Positions 10,132-19,088 of a DNA stretch of 64,000 bases are shown here, piece after piece. A program made the position numbers and the translations under genes. This DNA is from Gammaproteobacteria bacterium (GTDB lineage Bacteria; Pseudomonadota; Gammaproteobacteria; Eutrophobiales; Eutrophobiaceae), in contig OZ220696.1 in NCBI GenBank assembly GCA_965116495.1, positions 3,744,001 to 3,808,000 of the forward strand, in the 5' to 3' direction. Below the pieces are notes generated by a model. That model worked only from the letters and a program-made list of their open reading frames with translations, was not told the DNA's origin and searched no databases. Numbering within the stretch: the first letter of the stretch is position 1; the number at the start of each line of letters is the position of its first letter.

Positions 10132-10460
10132 AGCCCGCATTTCTCACCAGTCCGCTTGTTGTCACCGGATAGTTGTTTGCTGTCAATACGTTATGATAAC
10201 CTGCTCACAATGTCATCATTACAGACTGCGCTTGATGCGCCTTCGCTTGTCTTTTTGCCGCCAGCGGGCACGTGTTCATTGCGCCCATCCTTGGGCGCAT
10301 CAACTACGGCTATGCTTTCGGTCGCAGGCACCCGCTGGCGGCACAAATCTGCCAGGAGCAGATTTGGACGTCCGCAGGATGCCCGAAGGGTGTGCGCCAA
10401 GGAAGGCGCACATCTAAAATCCTGCGCGATCATCACATCAACTGGTGAGAAATGCGGGCT
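10132..10460. mobile_element. MITE, family A copy 2 (longer, with nested palindromic inserts)
   Basis: TIRs agcccgcatttctcaccagt / actggtgagaaatgcgggct; shares cttgtctttttgccg...ctatgctttcggtcgcaggcacccgctg with copy 1. Confidence 0.8.
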
Positions 10461-11627
10461 ATGAATGCGCATGTTCAAATCATCGGCGACAGCCGGACAA
10501 AGATATGGGGGATGACCGGCCGTGAAAGGCTGGTCCGTATGCTGGACAGGAGCGCCGGCGTGGAAATCACTGCTCCGGGGGAGAGATTGCCGTCCGGCGC
10601 GCCGGTCATTTTTCTCAGAGGAGATTACCTGTTCGATGCCCGGGTATTGCAGGCTGTTACGGGTCTGGACGGCGAGTTTGTCCTGTACAGGCAGGATGGC
10701 CGGACTGCCGTTGCCATCCGCACAAACGACCCTGACGAAAACATATTCAATCGTGACCATTACCCGGAAGCATTAGAAAGAATTAGGCTGGATGACCTGG
10801 TCAATCCGTACAACGAGCGGTTGAAAAAATATGAACAGGCCAAGGTCTGGCAGATTAAGCCTGACAACCGGGATTTTCTTGAGCAGGAGCTGTTCAGTGG
10901 TTCCTACAAAGGCGTAACCGACCTGGTGACCAAATGGGTCTGGCCCCTGCCCGCAAGGTGGGCGACAAAAATGTGTGCCAGGCTTGGTTTGAAACCGAAC
11001 CACGTGACCATATTCAGCCTGGTGCTGGCAATCCTGGCCGGCATTGCCTTCTGGTATGGGGAATACGCCGGCGGCCTGTTGCTGGGCTGGTTAATGACCT
11101 TCCTGGATACCGTGGACGGCAAGCTGGCCAGGGTGACGCTGACCTCGAGCCGTTTCGGTGACCTGCTGGACCATGGCCTGGACCTGGTACATCCGCCGCT
11201 CTGGTATGTTGCCTGGGGGGTGGGATTGGCCGCGCAGACGCCGTTGCCGGGGTCGTTGGCAATGCTGTTGTGGCTGATGTTCGGCGCGTATGTCTGTGGC
11301 CGTCTGTGTGAAGGAGTGTTTCAGCATTACATTGCCGATTTCTCTATCTTCATGTGGCGGCCTGTTGATTCACTGAGCCGCCTGATTACTGCCCGGCGTA
11401 ATCCGAATATGCTGATATTGACGGCCGCGGTGATGGCCGGGCGGCCCGACACCGGGCTGGTGCTCATCATCGCCTGGCACCTGCTGTCCACCCTGTTCCT
11501 GATCATCAGGCTCGCTGTTGCCTGGCAGGCGAGCCGGAACCAGGGGCCGCTGGAGAGTTGGCTGGAACGGGTCGGACCGGAAACCCGGCACAACAGGGTG
11601 GCTGTGAAGATGTTCAGGAAGCTCTGA
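10461..11627 (+). CDS. CDP-alcohol phosphatidyltransferase (CpgA-like)
   Basis: DTVDGKLAR...GDLLDHGLD signature, YKGVTDLVTKWVWP and ITARRNPN motifs; alternative start 10452 lies inside the MITE. Confidence 0.85.
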   Translation: MNAHVQIIGDSRTKIWGMTGRERLVRMLDRSAGVEITAPGERLPSGAPVIFLRGDYLFDARVLQAVTGLDGEFVLYRQDGRTAVAIRTNDPDENIFNRDHYPEALERIRLDDLVNPYNERLKKYEQAKVWQIKPDNRDFLEQELFSGSYKGVTDLVTKWVWPLPARWATKMCARLGLKPNHVTIFSLVLAILAGIAFWYGEYAGGLLLGWLMTFLDTVDGKLARVTLTSSRFGDLLDHGLDLVHPPLWYVAWGVGLAAQTPLPGSLAMLLWLMFGAYVCGRLCEGVFQHYIADFSIFMWRPVDSLSRLITARRNPNMLILTAAVMAGRPDTGLVLIIAWHLLSTLFLIIRLAVAWQASRNQGPLESWLERVGPETRHNRVAVKMFRKL

Positions 11628-11639
11628 TTAAGTCCGTCC

Positions 11640-11837
11640 GGGACTTGTCAGAACACGCACAAATCGGCGGGATAGCCGATTTGCACAACTTGTTGCCGCC
11701 TTGCGGCGAGCTACCAGGATGTAGCGAGTGAAAACAAAAATGCGATTTTTGTTTTGCTCCCAAAATCAATGACCTACAGTCATTGATTTTGACGGCACAT
11801 CCCTGTACTGTAGGAACCTCTGACTTAAGAGGTTCCT
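11640..11837. repeat. Multi-hairpin MITE-like element plus a collapsed inverted repeat
   Basis: Hairpins aaatcggc/gccgattt, aaaacaaaaat/atttttgtttt, caaaatcaatgac/gtcattgattttg, then aggaacctc/gaggttcct. Confidence 0.65.
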
Positions 11838-11841
11838 GTAC

Positions 11842-12804
11842 ATGAGACGGTTTTCAGGCCCCGACGTCCCGCCGGCATTAACGGACGCCGTCGCACGCCA
11901 ATGTGCCGGGACCGTGCCGGATTCCTGTGCTGCCATCACCGACGCAATCAGGGAATCCTACGGTGCGGCGCTTGTGGGTGTCCTGTTGTATGGATCCTGC
12001 TCACGGGATGAGGCCGTGGAGGATGGCATCGTTGATATCTATGCCATTGTCGATGACTATCAATCTGTTTATGAAAAACGTTACCTGGCAACCCTGAATG
12101 ACTGGTTGCCGCCTAACGTGTTTTACCGGGAAATATCCAGCAACCACGGTTTGATCAGGATAAAACTGGCGCTGATCAGCCTGGCGGATTTCCGCGGCGG
12201 TATCCTGGACTGGTTCCATTCCTACCTGTGGGGGCGTTTTGCCCAGCCGGCGCGCATACTGTACGTGCGGGATGAAACGCTGCGCAACGAACTTCATGGA
12301 CTCATGGCGCAGGCCGTGCTGACCCTGCTCAGGGCATCGATTCCAGCCCTGGGGGAAAAGTCCGGGGATGCAGAGGCAATCTGGACCCGGGCCCTGGCGT
12401 TATCCTATTCCGCGGAATACCGGCCGGAACCCGGCACCAAGGCCGGCCAGCTGGTCAGGTCCGATCCGGCCGCTTACAGCGGGTTGCTGGAGGCCGCCTT
12501 GCCCGCGCTCGGCGCCAAGCTGCGCCGGCAGGGTGAAGATGATTACCTGTGCCTGGGCGATCGCGGTGACAGCAAGGCGGCATTGCGCCGCTGGCGCCTG
12601 CGCCGCTGGCAGGGGCGCGTGCTGTCCGTACTGAGGTTGATGAAGGCGACCCTGACCTTTCAAAACGGTGTGGATTATGCCGCCTGGAAGATAAACCGGC
12701 ATACCGGGGTCAGTATAGAAGTCACCCCGCAACTGCGCCGCCATCCCCTGTTGTTCGGCTGGCAGGTCTTCCGGCAACTGGTCAAACGGGGCATTATACA
12801 TTAA
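11842..12804 (+). CDS. Pol-beta-fold nucleotidyltransferase-like protein (CpgC/Tam41-like)
   Basis: LLYGSC...DGIVDIYAIVDDY, LPPNVFY, WGRFAQP and DYAAWKINRH motifs; cluster context. Confidence 0.7.
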   Translation: MRRFSGPDVPPALTDAVARQCAGTVPDSCAAITDAIRESYGAALVGVLLYGSCSRDEAVEDGIVDIYAIVDDYQSVYEKRYLATLNDWLPPNVFYREISSNHGLIRIKLALISLADFRGGILDWFHSYLWGRFAQPARILYVRDETLRNELHGLMAQAVLTLLRASIPALGEKSGDAEAIWTRALALSYSAEYRPEPGTKAGQLVRSDPAAYSGLLEAALPALGAKLRRQGEDDYLCLGDRGDSKAALRRWRLRRWQGRVLSVLRLMKATLTFQNGVDYAAWKINRHTGVSIEVTPQLRRHPLLFGWQVFRQLVKRGIIH

Positions 12805-12806
12805 CC

Positions 12807-13538
12807 ATGGAGACGGTGAAGAAAAAGCACCGGCCCAGCGTGGCGCTGGGATTGTGGATCATCAAGCGGGTGGAGCAGTTTCTGATCAGGCATTCCCTGG
12901 TCGGCGACACGCCTTTCCTGCCGTCCGCGGCCTTTGCCTGGGTGGAGACGCTGGAAGCCAACTGGCAGGTGATTCGCGCGGAGCTGGACCAGGTGTTGAA
13001 GACCCCGGAACGCATCCCGAATTTTCAGGATATATCGCCCGACCAGGCCAACATTACCCGGGATGACAAGTGGAAGTCGTATTTTCTTTACGGATACGGC
13101 TACAAAATGACCGACAACTGTGATCAGTGTCCCGAAACGACGCGTATTATCGAATCAATACCCGGTATGTTCACGGCTTTTTTTTCCGTCCTGGCGCCGG
13201 GCAAGCACATACCCAGGCATCGCGGACCTTACCGCGGCCTGCTGCGCTGTCACCTGGCGCTGGTCGTACCCCGGCCGCGGGAAGCGTGCTGGATAGAAGT
13301 GGGTGAGGAGACAACCACCTGGGAAGAGGGGCGCTGTATTGTTTTTGATGATACCTATAAACACCGGGTGGAGAACAACACCGACGGGGTCCGGGTGGTG
13401 CTGTTTCTCGACGTATTGCGCCCGTTAAGATTTCCCTGTTCACTCATCAACCGGATCATGCTGCAACTGATCCGGCTCTCGCCGTTCATCCAGGATGCCC
13501 GCCGCAACCAGGTGGCCTGGGAGAAGCGCCTGGGTTAA
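12807..13538 (+). CDS. Aspartyl/asparaginyl beta-hydroxylase (AspH/LpxO family) dioxygenase
   Basis: LEANWQVIRAEL, CPET, HRGPY, FDDTYKH and RVVLFLD motifs. Confidence 0.88.
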   Translation: METVKKKHRPSVALGLWIIKRVEQFLIRHSLVGDTPFLPSAAFAWVETLEANWQVIRAELDQVLKTPERIPNFQDISPDQANITRDDKWKSYFLYGYGYKMTDNCDQCPETTRIIESIPGMFTAFFSVLAPGKHIPRHRGPYRGLLRCHLALVVPRPREACWIEVGEETTTWEEGRCIVFDDTYKHRVENNTDGVRVVLFLDVLRPLRFPCSLINRIMLQLIRLSPFIQDARRNQVAWEKRLG

Positions 13539-13545
13539 AGGAGAC

Positions 13546-13606
13546 GTAAATTTGGGACACCCATAAATTAACGAAAATTGTAAATTTATGGGTGTCCCAA
13601 ATTTAC
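13546..13606. terminator. Perfect 24-bp-stem hairpin between convergent genes (bidirectional terminator or REP)
   Basis: gtaaatttgggacacccataaatt / aatttatgggtgtcccaaatttac; overlaps the cofD stop. Confidence 0.65.
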
Positions 13607-14550
13607 TGTTGGCTCAGCGCGAATTCAAGACAGGTTCCGGCCAGGGAAATCCGGTCTTGTATGGAGCGCATGATGGTGTTGGTGACCTTGACCCTGATTC
13701 CGAGTTTCTCTATGGCCCGGGTTTCCTGCTCATCAGCAGTGTCGATGACCAATCCGTCCAGGAAGTCAGCATAATAGTCTGCGATTGACAGGTTGCTTGC
13801 CGGCATACCAAGCTCTTTCATGATCTTGGCCGCGGGGCCTTTCAACGCCTTTCCGCCGATGATGGGTGAGACGGCGACGACGGGTGCTTTGACGGATTGC
13901 AGGCCGGTACGGATGCCCTCCAGGGACAGGATCGGGCCGATGCTGAGGAAGGGATTCGACGGGCACAGGATGATTGCGTCCGGTTCACGGCCGCTGAGCA
14001 GGGCGGCAAAGTCCGGGTGTGGACGGGCTTGGCCGGCGCCGCTGAACTCGACGGCCCTGACCCCGGGCCGGCAGCCCAGGCGCACGAAATAATCTTGGAA
14101 CGACAGGGTTCCCCGGTCGGTGACGATGAGCGTCTGCAACGGGTCGTCGGTCATAGGGATGATCCGGTGTGCCATGCCGAAACTCCGGCACAGTGCGCGG
14201 GTGACCCCGGCCAGCCCCAGGCCCTGTTTCAGTGCCCGGGTCCGGTACAGGTGGGTGGCAAGGTCTTTGTCGCCCAGTTTGAACCAGGCCGCTTCCTCAA
14301 AACCGGCAAGTGCCTCCATGAATGACCAGGTTTCGCCGGCGAGGCCCCAGCCCCGGTCCGGGTCCGCCACCCCGGCCAGCGTGTACATGACCGTGTCCAG
14401 GTCGGGTGAGATATGCAGCCCCAGGTGTTCAAAGTCGTCACCGGTATTGACCACGATGAGAAGGTCGTCCGGGCTGACGACCTTGCTGAGTCCATGGGCC
14501 AGTTTCGCACCGCCCACGCCGCCGCACAGGGACAGGATGGTTTTATTCAT
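13603..14550 (-). CDS. cofD: 2-phospho-L-lactate transferase (F420 synthesis)
   Basis: GGVGGAKL, VNTGDD, SPDLDTVMY, WFKLGDKD, PSNPFLSI and VSPIIGG..KGPA motifs. Confidence 0.95.
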   Translation of the reverse strand: MNKTILSLCGGVGGAKLAHGLSKVVSPDDLLIVVNTGDDFEHLGLHISPDLDTVMYTLAGVADPDRGWGLAGETWSFMEALAGFEEAAWFKLGDKDLATHLYRTRALKQGLGLAGVTRALCRSFGMAHRIIPMTDDPLQTLIVTDRGTLSFQDYFVRLGCRPGVRAVEFSGAGQARPHPDFAALLSGREPDAIILCPSNPFLSIGPILSLEGIRTGLQSVKAPVVAVSPIIGGKALKGPAAKIMKELGMPASNLSIADYYADFLDGLVIDTADEQETRAIEKLGIRVKVTNTIMRSIQDRISLAGTCLEFALSQQ

Positions 14551-14587
14551 TGGAGAATTATTACATATAGGTGCCGGTATGACGCAC

Positions 14588-14635
14588 TGGGTTCCGGCTT
14601 TCGCCGGGACGACGGGGCCTTCGCCGGGACGATGG
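14588..14635. repeat. Half REP-like element with tandem duplication
   Basis: ctgggttccggctttcgccgggacgacg...; near-identical copy at 23170-23215. Confidence 0.65.
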
Positions 14636-14639
14636 TAAT

Positions 14640-15416
14640 TTATCTGAACAGGTCCTTGTCGGGGTCTCTTATCAGGGCGGATGCGTCACTGGCCGGGCCG
14701 CGCAGGTCCAGGCCGTGCACCAGTACCGCAGGTATCCCCTCGGCGCCCTGTCCCATAACCAGTGAGGCGGCGGCGGCAATCTCGTCCGCGATACCCACCT
14801 CGGTCACGCGCAACGGGGTTCCGTACAGGTCAGCCTCACCGCGCAGGTCCAGCAGGCAGGGCAGGCCGGCGCCGCCGATGGCGATGCCGGTCACGCCGTT
14901 GCGCCAGGCGCGCCCGGCGCTGTCGTTGATGATGATGCCGATGTTTACCTCCCGGGTCCGCCTGAATTCAGCGTGTATCTGCGCGGCGCTGGCATCGGGG
15001 TCCTCCGGCAGCAACAGGACTGTTTCCGAACCCGCGTGCTGCGGGATATTGGAATGGTCGATGCCAGCGTTGGCGTGGACGTAGCCCAGCTTGTGCTCAA
15101 CGATCAGGACATCCTGCCGGTACCTGACCACCCGTTTCGACTGGGCCAGTATCAGCTCGACCAGGCGCGGGTCCTTGTCCGTTTTCCCGGCCAGTTCCAC
15201 GGCCCGTTTCGAGGCTGTTATCCCGGCCAGGTCCACGTAGCGGTTCTCGGCCTTGGACACAACCTTCTGGGCGATGACCAGGATATCGCCTTCGGCAAGA
15301 GGCTGGGACTGCAGTTGCTCCAGCAGCAATTGCGCGAGGTCGGCGCCAGGCATGACTTCCGGCATGCCGTGGACGGGCAGCAGTCGTACTCCCTTGTTGG
15401 ATTTGTCGGTGTTCAT
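14640..15416 (-). CDS. cofE: Coenzyme F420-0:L-glutamate ligase (single-domain)
   Basis: AQKVVSKAE, ANAGIDHSN, LLPEDPDASA, DSAGRAWR and ADEIAAAA motifs. Confidence 0.95.
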   Translation of the reverse strand: MNTDKSNKGVRLLPVHGMPEVMPGADLAQLLLEQLQSQPLAEGDILVIAQKVVSKAENRYVDLAGITASKRAVELAGKTDKDPRLVELILAQSKRVVRYRQDVLIVEHKLGYVHANAGIDHSNIPQHAGSETVLLLPEDPDASAAQIHAEFRRTREVNIGIIINDSAGRAWRNGVTGIAIGGAGLPCLLDLRGEADLYGTPLRVTEVGIADEIAAAASLVMGQGAEGIPAVLVHGLDLRGPASDASALIRDPDKDLFR

Positions 15417-15454
15417 AGTAGTGTTCCAAGAAGCGTTCCGGCGTATATTTTCGT

Positions 15455-15547
15455 CGTCATTCCGGCGTACACCGGAATCCAGTGAACAATGAGTCGCCTA
15501 AGGCGACACAATATCATACTGGATACCGGGTCAAGCCCGGTATGACG
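15455..15547. repeat. REP/RPE-like palindromic element
   Basis: cgtcattccggcgtacaccggaatccag...ctggataccgggtcaagcccggtatgacg. Confidence 0.8.
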
Positions 15548-15654
15548 GTAAAGGCCCCGTTAAAGGCCCCGTATGACAGCAAAACTTCGTCACGCTATAA
15601 TGGACGTCTCTGACGCCTTACGGGCGACTTTCAGAACTGTCCCATATGTGAATC

Positions 15655-17199
15655 ATGTCAAACGATAAAAACGGCCACACCTCTGAGCGCAACAGGTGCA
15701 TTGGCGTTGTCGGAGCCGGCGTCATGGGGCGCGGGATTGCCCAGTTGTTCCTGCAGGCCGGGTACCCGGTCCGGTTGTATGACTCACAGGCCAGGGCGCT
15801 CGACAGCGCTGCCGAATTCATCGGCAGGATGGTAAAGCGACAGGTTGACAAGGGCAGGGTTACGCAGGCCGAAGCGGAGCAGGTACTTTCCGGGCTCAGC
15901 GTTTGCCGCGATATGAAGGAACTGGCCGGCTGCGACATCCTGGTCGAGGCCGTTGTCGAACTGCTGGATGTCAAGAAGCAGTTGTTTGCGGAACTGGAAA
16001 AAACCGTCTCCGCTACGGCCATCCTGGCAAGCAATACCTCGTCGTTGCTGGTCTCTGATATCGCCTCAGTCTGCGCCTGGCCCGACCGGGTCGCGGGGCT
16101 GCATTTTTTTAACCCGGTCCCACTCATGCGGTTGGTTGAAGTGATACCAGCCACGCTGACCGAGCCGGCCGTAGTCCGGGAACTGACGGCGCTGGTCGCC
16201 AGCACCGGCCATCGCGCCGTGGTCGCCGCGGACCAGCCCGGGTTCCTGGTGAACCATGCCGGGCGCGGTTTTACCACCGAGGCGTTACGCATCCTGGAAG
16301 AGGGGGTGGCAGAACCCGCCGACGTCGACCGGGTCATGCGCGAGGCGCTGGGGTTCCGCATGGGGCCGTTCGAACTGCTGGACCTGACCGGGCTGGACGT
16401 GTCCGGGAAAGTGATGCAGTCCATTTATGACCAGTTTTTGCAGGAACCCATGTACCGCCCCTCGTCGCTGGTCCCGCCGAGGATGGCGTCGGGCCTGTAC
16501 GGCCGGAAGTCCGGGCGCGGGTTTTACCGGTATGAGGACAACAGGAAAATTGAGCCCGGTGAGGCGCCGGCGCCGCAAATCAGCCTCACTAGGGTGTGGC
16601 TGGACGGCGCTGAAGGTGGCGCGGCGCGGCAACTGGCGGAACAATTGCAGGCCAACGGCGCGCAGTTAACGGACTCCCCGGGGGGCGGGGATACGATTGC
16701 CGTGCTACAGCCATGGGGCGGCGACGTGAGTCACACCTGTTCCGATATGAAACTTGATCCTGTCTGCACGGTGGCTGTGGACCCGTTGCCCGGCCAGGGT
16801 TCGAGGCGCACCCTGATGTTATCGCCTGTAACTTCCCCGGAGGTGCGCGACAGCATGCACGGCCTGCTGGCGGCGGGCGGGGTCCCCGTCACCGTGATTA
16901 ACGACAGTCCGGGGTTCATCAGCCAGCGCATCCTGGCCGTGATCGTGAACATCGCCGCGAACATCGCCCAGCGCCGCATCGCTTCCGTGCCGGACATAGA
17001 GGCCGCCGTGACCCTGGGCCTCGGGTACCCGCACGGCCCGTTGTCCTGGGGAGACAAGGTTGGGGGGGAAAGGATCGCCGGGATCTTGGATAACCTGTTC
17101 AAACTGACCGGCGACCCGCGCTACCGGCTGAGCCCCTGGCTGAGACGGCGGGTGGAATGCGGGGTATCGCTGTTGACCGGGGAGGCGCAGCGATGCTGA
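15655..17199 (+). CDS. 3-hydroxyacyl-CoA dehydrogenase (PaaH-like, duplicated C-terminal domain)
   Basis: GVVGAGVMG, EAVVE, SNTSS, HFFNP, PGFLVN and GPFEL motifs. Confidence 0.92.
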   Translation: MSNDKNGHTSERNRCIGVVGAGVMGRGIAQLFLQAGYPVRLYDSQARALDSAAEFIGRMVKRQVDKGRVTQAEAEQVLSGLSVCRDMKELAGCDILVEAVVELLDVKKQLFAELEKTVSATAILASNTSSLLVSDIASVCAWPDRVAGLHFFNPVPLMRLVEVIPATLTEPAVVRELTALVASTGHRAVVAADQPGFLVNHAGRGFTTEALRILEEGVAEPADVDRVMREALGFRMGPFELLDLTGLDVSGKVMQSIYDQFLQEPMYRPSSLVPPRMASGLYGRKSGRGFYRYEDNRKIEPGEAPAPQISLTRVWLDGAEGGAARQLAEQLQANGAQLTDSPGGGDTIAVLQPWGGDVSHTCSDMKLDPVCTVAVDPLPGQGSRRTLMLSPVTSPEVRDSMHGLLAAGGVPVTVINDSPGFISQRILAVIVNIAANIAQRRIASVPDIEAAVTLGLGYPHGPLSWGDKVGGERIAGILDNLFKLTGDPRYRLSPWLRRRVECGVSLLTGEAQRC

Positions 17200-17221
17200 T
17201 CCCGCACGTCCGGCGTCGGCT

Positions 17222-17283
17222 GGGGACGGACTTAAATCCGTCCCCGAAGTCCCCCAAAGGGTACAGGTTTGAAACCTGTCCCT
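17222..17283. repeat. GGGGAC-type REP-like hairpin doublet
   Basis: ggggacgga-cttaaa-tccgtcccc followed by acaggtttgaaacctgt; relatives at 53431 and 56082. Confidence 0.65.
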
Positions 17284-17308
17284 CGTCGCATTGCAGCAAC
17301 ATTTGTCA

Positions 17309-18733
17309 ATGACTGCTGAAGTAATCACGCGCTTCGCGCCCAGTCCCACCGGTTTCCTGCACATAGGGGGAATCCGCACGGCCCTGTTTTCCTGGTTATA
17401 CGCCAGGCACAATAACGGGGAATTCCTACTGAGAATTGAGGATACCGATCGCGAGAGATCCACGGAAGAGGCTCTCGGCGTTATCCTGGAAGGCATGAAA
17501 TGGCTGGGGCTCGACCATGACCGGGACATCGTTTACCAGTCGCAGCGCACGGAAAAATATAAAGCAGCAATACAACAATTGCTCGACAGGGACCGGGCGT
17601 ACCATTGTTTCTGCAGCAGGGAAGAACTCGAAACCATGCGCCGTGAGGCCATGAGCGGAGGGGAGAAGCCCAGGTATAACGGCAAATGCCGGGACCGCGG
17701 CCGGCGGCCGGCGGCAGGTGAAACGCCGGTAGTACGCTTCAGGAACCCGCTGGACGGCGACGTGCTCATCGACGATCTTATCCAAGGCAGGGTGGTAATC
17801 AGCAATACGGAACTGGACGACCTGGTCATCGCCCGTTCCGACGGGTCGCCGACCTATAACCTGACCGTGGTAGTGGACGACGCCGATATGGGTATCACCC
17901 ACGTGATACGCGGGGACGACCATCTCAACAACACACCGCGGCAGATCAACATCTTCAATGCCCTGAACATCGCCGCGCCGACGTATGCCCATATCCCCCT
18001 GATCCTGGACCCTGAGGGCAAAAAACTGTCCAAGCGCCACGGCGCCGCGAGCGTGCTCGAATACCGGGACCAGGGTTACCTGCCGGAAGCCCTGCTGAAT
18101 TACCTGGTGCGGCTGGGCTGGTCCCACGGCGACCAGGAGATATTCAGCGTCGACGAAATGGTTGAACTGTTTGATATAGGGCGGGTGAACAGGGCCGCGG
18201 CCGCGCTGAACCCGGACAAGCTGGCCTGGCTGAACCAGCATTACCTGAGGGAGAGCAACGCGGAACGGGTTGCCTGTCTGCTTAAAGTGAAACTGGTCAA
18301 GCTTGGTGTTGACGTAACCAGGCCGCCCGATCTCAAGCAGGTGGCCGGGCTACAGAAGGAGCGGGTAAAGACCATCGCGGAAATGGCCGAACAGAGCCGC
18401 TTCTTCCACGAGGAGTTTACGGAGTATGATGCGGTTGCCGCAAAGAAACACTTGCGCCCCGTAGTGCTTGAGGCGCTACGACAGGTCGGGGATGTATTCT
18501 CCGAGCTGGACACTTGGGACACGGCCGCGCTGCATGCCGCCATCGAATCTGTCGCGGAACAACGGGCGATGAAATTCGGTAAAATCGCCCAGCCCCTGCG
18601 CGTGGCGGTAACGGGGAGTAGCGTCTCCCCCTCCATCGACGTTACCCTGGAGTTACTGGGCCGGGAGAGGACTCTTGCGCGCCTGGCGCGTGCACTGGAG
18701 CTGATTGAACGCAGGACTGATTCCCGGGATTGA
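17309..18733 (+). CDS. gltX: Glutamate--tRNA ligase
   Basis: TRFAPSPTG, HIGG and KLSKR motifs; ATG 17309 preferred over TTG 17291. Confidence 0.97.
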   Translation: MTAEVITRFAPSPTGFLHIGGIRTALFSWLYARHNNGEFLLRIEDTDRERSTEEALGVILEGMKWLGLDHDRDIVYQSQRTEKYKAAIQQLLDRDRAYHCFCSREELETMRREAMSGGEKPRYNGKCRDRGRRPAAGETPVVRFRNPLDGDVLIDDLIQGRVVISNTELDDLVIARSDGSPTYNLTVVVDDADMGITHVIRGDDHLNNTPRQINIFNALNIAAPTYAHIPLILDPEGKKLSKRHGAASVLEYRDQGYLPEALLNYLVRLGWSHGDQEIFSVDEMVELFDIGRVNRAAAALNPDKLAWLNQHYLRESNAERVACLLKVKLVKLGVDVTRPPDLKQVAGLQKERVKTIAEMAEQSRFFHEEFTEYDAVAAKKHLRPVVLEALRQVGDVFSELDTWDTAALHAAIESVAEQRAMKFGKIAQPLRVAVTGSSVSPSIDVTLELLGRERTLARLARALELIERRTDSRD

Positions 18734-18768
18734 TTCGGACTTTCACGAACAGGTGTTTGGATAACAGC

Positions 18769-18817
18769 TTGACAGGACAATGCCGCAGGGTAGAATGATG
18801 ATGATTTTTCTACCCTG
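18769..18817 (+). promoter_or_regulatory. Sigma70 promoter of vapBC with overlapping inverted-repeat operator
   Basis: TTGACA 18769, 16-bp spacer, TAGAAT 18791; IR cagggtagaa / ttctaccctg. Confidence 0.75.
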
Positions 18818-18830
18818 TAAGGAAAGTGCG

Positions 18831-19088
18831 ATGAGTCTGAACATCAAGAACGATGAAACTTGCCGGTTAGCCGGCGAACTTGCCCGGTTGACAGGAGAAT
18901 CCATGACAGGAGCAATCACGATTGCTTTGCGCGATCGACTGGCGCGCGAGAATTGTCATCGTAACGCCGAGGCGCTGGCCCGGGAACTACATGTTATCGG
19001 ACAGCGTTGCGCCGGACTGACAGGTCCCGGACCTGCAGCAGTTGAGCATGGCGAATTGCTCTACGACGAACAGGGACTGCCTGGGTGA
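18831..19088 (+). CDS. vapB: VapB antitoxin (Rv0623-like)
   Basis: MSLNIKN...LARLTGES.T.AI...LYDEQGLP; overlaps vapC by 4 bp. Confidence 0.9.
   Translation: MSLNIKNDETCRLAGELARLTGESMTGAITIALRDRLARENCHRNAEALARELHVIGQRCAGLTGPGPAAVEHGELLYDEQGLPG

Noticed and set aside
10156-10760. ORFs 10156-10464, 10191-10760 and the similar 909-1181
   Set aside because: Their shared peptide (TAMLSVAGTR) comes from the MITE sequence; no evidence of coding
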